Assembly (NCBI GenBank): GCA_009859145.1
Contig: VRVR01000033.1
Span: 62,001 to 126,000 of the forward strand
Source: Andalucia godoyi And28
Lineage: Eukaryota; Protista; Jakobida
Length of the DNA: 64,000 nucleotides
Reading direction: 5' to 3'
The notes below the pieces were generated by a model that saw only the letters and a program-made list of their open reading frames with translations, was not told the DNA's origin and ran no database searches. This document shows positions 8,946 through 18,039 of the stretch, piece after piece; positions within the stretch are counted from its first letter, which is position 1, and every line of letters starts with the position of its first letter. Both the position numbers and the translations under genes were made by a program.

Positions 8946-10736
8946 TCATTGGCTGCCAAAAGGCGTGATGCTTGTTTTTTCCTCAAAGATCGGCATGGAA
9001 ACACAGTCTATGGTGAACAAGGACCGAAAGCACTCAAAGGCAAGTTGATACGACCCCAGTTTTGCTTTCAGGGGTTCAGAAATGCGGTGTTCATCTGAGA
9101 TCGTTGTACATTCAAGGCGCAGCAGATTTGCCACGTCTTGAAGAGCCTGCGAATAAGCAATAATGCACTTCGAAGCCAGGCGATTGTCGCCCGATTTTGC
9201 AGAGGCAAGCACCATTTCTGCACACAATCGTTCCACTTGGCCACCTCCGTCCACTACCTTGTCACCTTGGTGTATGAGCATTGCAGCAGAGAGTGCGTCG
9301 TCCAAACACCGCACTGCTTCTTGCAGCAAGATTTCATTACCAGCGAATAAAACGATGGTGCTGAATCTTGCCTCGGTAGCACTGCATTGCAGATCCGTGG
9401 AATCTTTGAAAAACAAATAGTCTTGCTCTCCGACGTTCTGTTCGGAAAACGCGGATACCCCAGAGCAGTATGAAACCTCCTTGAACTGCACCATCAACCG
9501 CAGCTGCTCCCACTCAACAATGACCGTTGTCTTGAACACGCTGGAAAGCTGGACCATATCGTTTCCCGGCAATCTCCCGACTGCGTAGATTCCACTGGCC
9601 GCCAGCGCCTGACATGCGTAATCTCCAATGGACCGCGAAGAGAGAACGACCGTTGCCCCACACTGCCTCAGCATGGATACTCGATCCATGAACATTTCCC
9701 ATTCGTGGGTCGCGAGGTGTTGCACAGACGTCGCATCTCCTCGCAACGTGACTTGCGAGAGACCCCTGTATTCGAGTTCGAGTTCGAGCAGGAGTATTCG
9801 CGGATTTCCAACATATTTCGGCATCTGCGAGTTTCCAGCAAAAGCAATTGGCCGTCTTGTTACGAATCCACCAAATAAATAACTCTCATTTAGAGATTGG
9901 CCTCGACAGGGAATCACACGGAGCAACCTTTTCACGCCGCCTGATCGCTGAACTGCTTGCTGCACAATGCCTGTGAACAGGTCGGCATATGATCCCAGCA
10001 CCTTTGAGCTCAAAGAAGTCTGAATAATTCTCTGCGATTCATCTGAATGGACGGTTTGTGCAATACTTGGCATGAATTCAATGCACTTTCGGCTTTGCTT
10101 TTCGAATTCGATGAGTATCGGGAACACGGGATACCCTTCACTTTCCAGCACCCGAGCATGGTGCATCATTCTGGCAGCCAGCAAAACGACTCCAGTCGTC
10201 CCGTCACCAAACTACAACATCCAGACACATGGAGAATAGTCCACGTAACAGCAATCAGTACGTCTACCAATACATTTCAACAAACAAAAAAGAAGGAAGA
10301 AGAAGAAGAAGAAGAAGAAGAAGCACGGAGGAAATGGACGGAATTCATACGGATGATTCTTGTGATAATGACGTTCGAGCCAGCAATGCGGCAGCTGGAT
10401 GTTTGAAATCATATTCTCGAAGAATAGATGCACCGTCTGAAGGAAAATCAACGCAAGATTAGCCATGCAGCACTCGCGAAGCGTCACTGAGCAAAGTGCG
10501 AGGTGATGGATGAGAAGAAGAAGAAGAGGGGGGAAAAAGAGTTTCGGAGAGGAGGACATACCATTAGTAATGAGAAAGGATCCGTCATGCTTGACAACGA
10601 GTTTATCTCTTCCACGCGGACCAAACGACGTTTTCAGCATTTCGTAAACATTCTGAACTACTTTTTCTACATTTCTTCTCGCTTCTTCGCCATTCAACGT
10701 GCGGATCACGAGCTTTTGCTTGGATGGTTTATGCAT
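8946..10736 (-). CDS. Divergent group II chaperonin (TCP-1/CCT family, most like CCT-eta). Three exons: 10736-10562, 10436-10351, 10211-8946; 508 aa
   Basis: Splicing GTATGT...CCTTCAG (10561-10437, 125 nt) and GTATGA...TTGTAG (10350-10212, 139 nt) rebuilds in-frame chaperonin motifs: SFGPRGRDK, ITN|DGASILREYDFKHPAAALL, SQESS|FGDGTTGVV. Downstream motifs are FAGNSQMPK..NPRILLLELELE, GATVVLSSRSIGD, RCLDDA and VVDGGG. Confidence 0.85.
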
Positions 10737-10766
10737 GATTTCGTGTCAAACAAGCACATGAATGAC

Positions 10767-10808
<42 letters not shown>

Positions 10809-11172
10809 TCCTTGAAACACACCACCAAGGGCTTGCGCATCATGCATCTTTGCTTCACCGAATGGGTAGAGTCGTCCACGAAAACGCAATCACGCAAATT
10901 CGCCAAGCGGGGAAAAAAGCGGGCTATTTCCGCATGTCTCACATGCTTCTGGAAATATGGACGAATCAACGCGTGCAGAACCAGCTAGTCGAACATTATT
11001 CTCTTGTTGTGCAAAAAACGCCTGAATAGGTGGAGCCATTTGAAATTGAAGAAAGAAATAAATAAAAGGAAGGAAATAAGGGAGGATTTATAATTATAAT
11101 TTTAATTTTAATTCAATTTAAAATATCAAAAAAACAGAAACACAAACAGAAACAGAAACAGAAACATTTTCA

Positions 11173-14100
11173 ATGTTTGTTGGCTTTCGGATGCATCGGT
11201 ATTCGTCTCCAGCTCAATATGCGCCGGAGTCGGGTCCGAGCCCGCTTCATACACCGATGGTGATGAGGGAGATGGACGGCTCGATCAATGGTGTTTTGGA
11301 AGTCGTGTTACTGGAATGGGCCGCGGAGCTGTTTCCTTATATTCCTCGGCAGCTGCTTTGTCCATTGTTGAGAGCGTCGCAAATAATACCTGTGCACACA
11401 GTCTGGCTCCCTAATGCTCCAATAGTCAACCTGGATCAGTTAAGGTTGCTGAACATCCCGAATTGTAATGGCCGTGCCACGCTTTTTGACAGTCTCGCTG
11501 CGGTGCTGAGATCCATCAAGCAAGCCTACTATGCCGGAAATCCACTTCCGGTGTTTTCTTTGGAGCAAATGGCATGCGAGCATTCTTCGAACCGCATTAT
11601 GATGGATGCTGTTCTTCAGACCATTCTTGATTTTGAAATGTTTACGGAAAACGGATATCTACATTCGTCGCAAGTTGACAAGTTCCCAAGGCCCGCAGAG
11701 ATTTTGACTTTGTGGGAGAAAACGGTTATTTCCAATTTGAATGCAAGCACGGTTGCTTCGGCCCAGTTCCTAACTGCTGACCTGCCGAACGGGCTTCGAC
11801 GCGGTAATCAAGCTGATCCATCGTCTCGAGGATGCGCTACGGTGTCGCCGTCGGTTTCGTTTGTCTGCGATGGCCATGAAACGGCGAGTCGTCGAGACTT
11901 TATTGTCGAGAATTTCTTTTTTGACAATGTGTATTTGATTGCTCCGATCGTCATCTCACGACCGTATGAAAAGGAGAGCTATCAATGGATGAGAATAGAG
12001 GATGCATGTGGCCTCGGTTGTGAATTTGTCGCAGGTCTCGAACACACAGAAACGGAACGTCCCGCAGTGTGCATTCGGCCCGGAGGATGCTACGCCTTTT
12101 CAGTTGTCATTGACAGTTCTGTACTTCGGAACAGCCTCCCCAGCGCAAAATCTGCAGTGCAGAATACCAATTTGAGCTTTCTGTTCTACTTGACGAACCC
12201 TGCAGCGCAAAAGCCGTTTGTCGTGTCCCGGTCGATTCTTGTGTCTTGCAGAAATACCAGGACGTCGCTCATCAATGGAGAAGACTTCGCTTCTTTTGCA
12301 GACGACAGTTCCAGGACAATTGGACATCGTCCGAACGTTGATGCAAGCCCATTTGTTTCAGAATCGATTGGGGCTCTGTTGTCCAGGCCGGCAGCGAAAA
12401 TCTTCGCGTCGCCTTCTTTCACGTCGTTGCCCTCTTGGTATGGCCTGCAGCGCGCCAGACTGACGGAAATGGAGAGGAATTCAAAGGCAGTGGAGTGCGT
12501 TCGCTCGTCGAAGCATTTTACGAGTCAGTGCCGTGCGCTTGATTTGGAGTCACGGACACAAGAAAAAGAATATGAAACCTACAACATGTATGAATGTTCG
12601 GTGGAGTTTTCCAATGCTGGTCGATCGGATTGTGCTCTGGCCGCGTTTTCTGTCCCGGGTCTGCTGGAGTCTCGTCCTCCGTTGTACATTTCATCGAGTG
12701 TTGCCATACGGATCAAACGCGAGCCGCAATTCGAGTTTCGAGGGGTTGTCATTGAAGCTTTGGTTGCTTCCGGAAACGTGAAGGTGCTGCTCGCAGTGGA
12801 GTGCATGTCTCTTGCCTTCCGTGGTGCGACAAATTCCCGCTTCAACAACGTCGAGTGTTGTGTCCGTTTTGAACCGGACAACACTACATTCAAGGTGATG
12901 CGGTCCCTTGTTCACCTGGCGTCAATGAATTCTCATGTTAGTCAGTTGGCGATGCCCTCATCTGCAGACCGGCAACCTAGGTCTCCGACCACCTCTGGTG
13001 TGTGGGATGCCGCCATGTGGCACTACTCGTTTTTGAACAGTCATCAACAGTCTGCCGTTCGGTCTGTTCTTAACAATCGACATGGCTCCCGTGCGTTTTG
13101 TATCTGGGGCCCGCCAGGAACCGGAAAATCGGTCACGGTGATTGAATGCGTCCTTCAAATTTTCGCCTCTTCTGGAAGGACGCGCCGCGCGCCCCACGTC
13201 CTCCTCTGTGCGCCCTCCAATTATGCAGCGGACCTCTTGGTGATGAAGTTGTCCGACATGTTGCTCCAGTACGGGGATCATCCATTGGCGCTGCCGAGTG
13301 CCAAGCAGACCATTTTTCGCTTGAACGACCCGCGAAGAACATATGCGTCGACGCCACAGTCTGTAATTCCTTTCTGCTGCGTTAACAAGGATGGCATCTT
13401 CGAGGTTCCTGAATCGAGGATTGGTTCTCTTGGGCGGTACAAAGTAATCGTCACGACCTGCATGTCTGCCGCTTTGCTGCTGGAGAGCTATCCCGTGAGC
13501 ACGTTTTCTCATGTCTTTGTCGACGAAGCTGCCCAAGCACTGGAGGCTGAGACGTATGCCGCAGTTTGCTGTTCTGGTAGGGATACGTCAATTATCCTGT
13601 CGGGCGATCCGCTCCAGCTTGGCCCGGTGGTCCATGATCGACACGCCATCAATGATTTTGGCCTTCACCGATCACTCATGGAACGGCTCCTTATGCACTC
13701 CCCTGGTTCTGCGTACGGAGAGCACTTGGTTGGGTTGCACAACTCACCACAGAATGAAGATGTTGTTGTGAAGCTCCTGCACAACTACCGCTCCAAGCAG
13801 GAGATTCTGGATTTTTCGTCTTCCATATTTTACTCGGGTGAGCTAATTGCTTCTTCGCGGAGCCCGGAGCTTTCGGTTTTGGATGGTTTTGAACTTGGCT
13901 TGCCCACGTCAAACGGCTTCGATGAAGACAGCTGGATATTGCCGACAAGCACGAATCCTTGCGTGTTTCTCCACTGTGAAGGGACACAGAAACGGGCCTC
14001 CGATCATTCTGTGTCTTGGTTCAACGAACAGGAAGCGAATGCCGTTGTCGACGTTGTCAAGCAAGTGTGCCGCACGTTGCATGCATCCCATTCGCCGATC

Positions 14101-14622
14101 CTTCTCAGTGAAGTGACGGTCATTGCCACGTTCCGCAGTCAGGTTTCTCTGGTCCGGTCGAAACTCCGGCAATGCAATCTGTCCGCGGTCAACGTCGGCA
14201 CCGTGGACGATGTCCAAGGACAGGAATCCTTGGTTGTTATTCTGACATCTGTGATTTCACGCCTTCCAGGGAAAAGAGTTTCTTCTGGGGGTGATGCAAT
14301 ACTGGATGCTGTATCGAATCCAAATCGACTGAACGTTGCACTTTCGAGAGCGAAGGCATTGAACGTTGTGATTGGAAATGCACGCATCTTGCGCCGTTTG
14401 TCCGAGCACTGGAAACAAGTTTTGGATCTGTTCATTGCAAAAGAGGCTTATTTTGGCCCGCTGTTGACGAGGACCATCGGTCCTCCGTCCGTTCTTCAAG
14501 AGGATGACCGCGACAGCCAGCTAGATGATGGTGAAGACATAGACGGTCTTATCAAGTCCTTCAACGCGAGCTGGCCAGCTCCGATTGAAAAGAGGGACAT
14601 TGGGTGGCAGTCGTTCGTTTGA
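11173..14622 (+). CDS. UPF1-like SF1 RNA helicase, MOV10/SDE3/Armitage type
   Basis: Motifs IWGPPGTGKSVT (I), LLCAPSNYAAD (Ia), FVDEAAQ (II), SGDPLQLGPVV (III), LHNYRS (IV), VGTVDDVQGQE (V) and NPNRLNVALSRAK (VI). Long N-terminal region. Confidence 0.85.
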   Translation: MFVGFRMHRYSSPAQYAPESGPSPLHTPMVMREMDGSINGVLEVVLLEWAAELFPYIPRQLLCPLLRASQIIPVHTVWLPNAPIVNLDQLRLLNIPNCNGRATLFDSLAAVLRSIKQAYYAGNPLPVFSLEQMACEHSSNRIMMDAVLQTILDFEMFTENGYLHSSQVDKFPRPAEILTLWEKTVISNLNASTVASAQFLTADLPNGLRRGNQADPSSRGCATVSPSVSFVCDGHETASRRDFIVENFFFDNVYLIAPIVISRPYEKESYQWMRIEDACGLGCEFVAGLEHTETERPAVCIRPGGCYAFSVVIDSSVLRNSLPSAKSAVQNTNLSFLFYLTNPAAQKPFVVSRSILVSCRNTRTSLINGEDFASFADDSSRTIGHRPNVDASPFVSESIGALLSRPAAKIFASPSFTSLPSWYGLQRARLTEMERNSKAVECVRSSKHFTSQCRALDLESRTQEKEYETYNMYECSVEFSNAGRSDCALAAFSVPGLLESRPPLYISSSVAIRIKREPQFEFRGVVIEALVASGNVKVLLAVECMSLAFRGATNSRFNNVECCVRFEPDNTTFKVMRSLVHLASMNSHVSQLAMPSSADRQPRSPTTSGVWDAAMWHYSFLNSHQQSAVRSVLNNRHGSRAFCIWGPPGTGKSVTVIECVLQIFASSGRTRRAPHVLLCAPSNYAADLLVMKLSDMLLQYGDHPLALPSAKQTIFRLNDPRRTYASTPQSVIPFCCVNKDGIFEVPESRIGSLGRYKVIVTTCMSAALLLESYPVSTFSHVFVDEAAQALEAETYAAVCCSGRDTSIILSGDPLQLGPVVHDRHAINDFGLHRSLMERLLMHSPGSAYGEHLVGLHNSPQNEDVVVKLLHNYRSKQEILDFSSSIFYSGELIASSRSPELSVLDGFELGLPTSNGFDEDSWILPTSTNPCVFLHCEGTQKRASDHSVSWFNEQEANAVVDVVKQVCRTLHASHSPILLSEVTVIATFRSQVSLVRSKLRQCNLSAVNVGTVDDVQGQESLVVILTSVISRLPGKRVSSGGDAILDAVSNPNRLNVALSRAKALNVVIGNARILRRLSEHWKQVLDLFIAKEAYFGPLLTRTIGPPSVLQEDDRDSQLDDGEDIDGLIKSFNASWPAPIEKRDIGWQSFV

Positions 14623-14967
14623 CACTGCTATTTTCGTTCCCTGCTCTTTCATGTTGTTGCTTGCTCTAAACACGAGCCAAAAAGCAAAAAAGCCTTCTTT
14701 TCCAACTGTAGTTCATGCCCACCCCTGGATGAATTTTAAAAAACCCAATGTTTAGGCAATTTCCAAATTTGGTTCTCGCCGGACTTTTTTCTTATCCTTT
14801 CAATCGGTCAAAAAGAAACGGTCTCCCTCTGTTTTGTATTAATTTTATTATTATTATTATTTGTTGGTGTTGTTTAAATTTTTTGCTCTTCATTTTCGCG
14901 CTGCACAGTTCATACACTGGAATTTGTGATACGGGTTCTCGCCTCGCTGTTTTGATGAGCAGTGGGA

Positions 14968-16449
14968 ATGAAGGTTCCGCCTGGAAAACGGTATAGATCG
15001 GCGACAGGAAGTCCGATTCTTGTTGAATGTGTTGCATCGAAACGTGGCGACAACTGCTCAGATGACGTGACTGACGAGGATTGCGACAGCAGTGTTGCGG
15101 ATTTGGATCATTCGGTCCAGGTAGTGAATCACCGAGTTGAGGGTCGAAAGGCTTCTATTTCATCTTGTTCTTCATCCTTTCCAACTGCTTCGCAAGCTTC
15201 TTCGTCGAACAGCAAAATTGTAATTGAAGATGGTGGGGATGATACGGATGCCGGCGAGTGTGAATTGAGCTGCCCGAGACTGGTGGATTCTGATTTATCA
15301 CAGCTTCGGAAAGATGAAGAGTTTGCAAGAATGCTCCAGGAAGAAGAAGATCGAGTTGCTCAGAATCTTGCAAAACTGGAAAAGGCACTTTCCTGGACTG
15401 ATCAGCAACTGGCGCTGCGACTCGCTCGAGAAGAAGAGGAAGCGGCGGCTCGTGCTCATCAACGAATTGCTGAAGAAAAAGAAAGGCAACAGAAGGTGGA
15501 GCGTCAGCGGGAAAGAGATCGAGAGAGGGATCTTGAAAGGCAGCGACAGCTTCTTTATGAAGAACAACGTGCGAGACTTTTAGACGCAGCCGACGATGAT
15601 GATATATCTGAAGAATACGCTAACTGTGCAGAAATAGACAACGACGATCCGGATGAGGATTGTGACAGCAGTACTAACCGCAACAGCAGTCTTCACTATG
15701 ATGGTGGGAACGTTGGTGGTGTTGGCTTTGCCCCGACTACGAGTGCGAGTGCGAGTGGTGATAGAGGTGATGTTGAGCGTCATTGTGCAACAATTGAGCA
15801 TCGCAATCGTGATGAACCTCTTCGAAGTAATCAGAGAAGCAGTCTGGCTGGTTTATTCGGCAATTATCGACAGAACCGAGAACAACAACGAGCCTTGTTC
15901 GCAAGCAGATATGATGCACACCTCCAAGCGCAAATCCAGGCGCAAGTAGAAACTCGATCAAGAGCTCAGCAGGTTACAAGAACACGGAGACGCGAAAGGA
16001 CACCGGTGTACGAGCCGCCCTTTCTTTCGAACTGGCGCATGGGACCATCTGCAGATTACTATGAGAATCCGACTTCCGCGCCGTCGGGACACTCTGACAT
16101 TTTGCGACGTCTTGAGCAAAACGGGGGCGACTTCAAGCCTGATGATTACGACTTGCTGCTCCGACTAGACGAAGAAATTCGGAGAAGTGACACAAAGGAC
16201 AAGCTTGACGTGGGTGTTGCGACTACTCTTCCCGAGTTTCAGCTGACGATCAAAGATGTCGAAAGCATTCAGAAGTCCACAGAGAAGAACTGTCCAATTT
16301 GCTTGACGGACTTTGAAGTCGGAGACAGCGTCAAAATGCTTCCTTGCATGCATCGCTTTCATGCAGACTGCATCGTTCCCTGGCTCGTGCAACACTCTTC
16401 TTTGTGCCCGGTGTGCAAGCTCGATGTGTCCAAGAACGTCCTTTCATAG
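14968..16449 (+). CDS. RING-H2 E3 ubiquitin ligase with MIU-like ubiquitin-binding motifs
   Basis: C-terminal CPICLTDFEVGDSVKMLPCMHRFHADCIVPWLVQHSSLCPVCK (C3H2C3). Motifs KDEEFARMLQEEE and TDQQLALRLAREEE are followed by a coiled coil. First ATG is at 14968. Confidence 0.85.
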   Translation: MKVPPGKRYRSATGSPILVECVASKRGDNCSDDVTDEDCDSSVADLDHSVQVVNHRVEGRKASISSCSSSFPTASQASSSNSKIVIEDGGDDTDAGECELSCPRLVDSDLSQLRKDEEFARMLQEEEDRVAQNLAKLEKALSWTDQQLALRLAREEEEAAARAHQRIAEEKERQQKVERQRERDRERDLERQRQLLYEEQRARLLDAADDDDISEEYANCAEIDNDDPDEDCDSSTNRNSSLHYDGGNVGGVGFAPTTSASASGDRGDVERHCATIEHRNRDEPLRSNQRSSLAGLFGNYRQNREQQRALFASRYDAHLQAQIQAQVETRSRAQQVTRTRRRERTPVYEPPFLSNWRMGPSADYYENPTSAPSGHSDILRRLEQNGGDFKPDDYDLLLRLDEEIRRSDTKDKLDVGVATTLPEFQLTIKDVESIQKSTEKNCPICLTDFEVGDSVKMLPCMHRFHADCIVPWLVQHSSLCPVCKLDVSKNVLS

Positions 16450-16824
16450 TCTTGTTCTGGTGATGATTGTTTCCATGTCGATCCATCACTGCTGCACATG
16501 CTGACATCGGGCCACCTCAGCGATTCCGTACTTCGTCGCCTTTGTGCAGCGGTCGCGGAGCGGAATTGAAAGTGGTCCCACGTCAGCATTTCTGGGTGTG
16601 CAACCTTGCATCGAATGCGACGTTGGCCACGAAACACAATGTTGGGACGTCTCAAACTTCGGCAGCAATATATGACATCATAGCTCCCGCATAAAGCTCG
16701 CGAACGTTCGGCGTTAAGGTCGAGAATCGTTGGTTAAAATGATTTTTCAGTTTAAATCATTTAAAAAAAAGAAGTGCGAATGTACTGCAGCTTTTTCAAA
16801 AAAAATCCGAGCAGCGGACGACGA

Positions 16825-17069
16825 TGCCTACATTGTACACTAACCACGGATAATCATCGCTGATCACCCATAATCAATGCTGCAACCCAACAACATGCAT
16901 AATGCAACGCGCCGGCGTGTTTATAAAGGGATTTCGTGATCAACATGGGGCGAAACGAATCGGGCATCGTGTGACAGAGTTGTTAAGATAGCAAACGCAT
17001 GGCACGTGGCAGTGTTTTAGTTTGCGTGCGCTTTGGATTGCTTCGTCATACCGCAGTAAGTGGCAACGG
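16825..17069 (+). repeat. Dispersed non-coding repeat, copy A
   Basis: Aligns by eye at roughly 85% identity with 25575-25649 plus 25773-25946. Contains the 31-bp exact match atggggcgaaacgaatcgggcatcgtgtgac (16945-16975 = 25815-25845). Confidence 0.9.
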
Positions 17070-17355
17070 TACTCGAATCAAAACAAACTATTAGCAAATT
17101 AAAACGCGAAGAGAGACATCTCGTTTTTTATTTAGCTCTAACTGGATGAGAAAAACCCTGTGCTAGGATTTCAACTTCCAAGCATTTTCCTAAAGACAGC
17201 GAGGGGAAGCGGGACGAAATAAAACACGATATGAGCAGTTCAGTTGTAGTTTTTTCCCTTCCTTTTTTTTCCATTTTTTATTTTTATTTTTATTTTATTT
17301 TGGTTTGCACGAGACTGGGAGCCAGAGAGCGGACGACAGAACGAAAAGAACAAAC

Positions 17356-17676
17356 ATGTCTGGAGCAATGGACGAGGAAAAGCTGCGCAGATTCCTGGAA
17401 GCGAGGTCCATGTTTCGAAGGCTTCTGCTTCGAGGACTTCGTGCCGCAGCCGTGTTTTCTGCGGGTGTTGGCATTCTCGCATACACATGGTCAAATAAGC
17501 AGGAGGAAAAAGGAAGAGCAGCGGCGGCTGCGACGGCTGCTCAGAACGTCGGTGCGTCTTCTAGACTCGTCAAGGAATTGCGCGAATTCGGATATGAAAA
17601 CGACGACGGCTCCTCCACCGCCGATCATTCTTCCATTCCTGAATCCAACTCGTCGTCATCCTCATCGTCGTCGTAA
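17356..17676 (+). CDS. Small single-pass membrane protein, unknown function (106 aa)
   Basis: ATG follows an A-rich leader. MSGAMDEEKLRRFLEARSMFRRLLLRGLRAAAVFSAGVGILAYTWS has one hydrophobic helix and a Ser-rich tail. Confidence 0.55.
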   Translation: MSGAMDEEKLRRFLEARSMFRRLLLRGLRAAAVFSAGVGILAYTWSNKQEEKGRAAAAATAAQNVGASSRLVKELREFGYENDDGSSTADHSSIPESNSSSSSSSS

Positions 17677-18039
17677 CCACCGCATAGATTGTAAAGAAAT
17701 GTCGTTTATTCGTTCGTTCCGTTTATTCATTTCCTTTTATCCGGTGTTTAGTGTTGGCGATTGTTTTTTGATTGACCGCCAAACAGACAGTCGCAACATA
17801 CAGCCGCTGCTGTCCATCATGCACCATCTTTCATTTCCTGATAGGCATTTAAGCACCTTCTTGGTTTTCCTTTTTTGGATGGGTCCGCGACTCATGCCTC
17901 AAGACTCACGTGAGGTTGATCCCATGCTGTTGCGTTCTGTTATTATTATTAATATTTTACTTTGTAGTTGAATTCTGCGCAGTTTTTTATCGGGATTTGG
18001 ATGTATCTGGCCTTGAGATCCTTTTTTTGTGCGTATTAA

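Noticed and set aside
10767-11040. Minus-strand ATG ORF (MAPPIQAFF...CETCG...GEFA) stopped by TGA, with the frame staying open for about 40 more codons; possible selenoprotein readthrough
   Set aside because: No known selenoprotein motif around the TGA, the continuation runs into a (CA)n microsatellite, and no SECIS is evident. More likely the 5' UTR or a uORF of the chaperonin gene.
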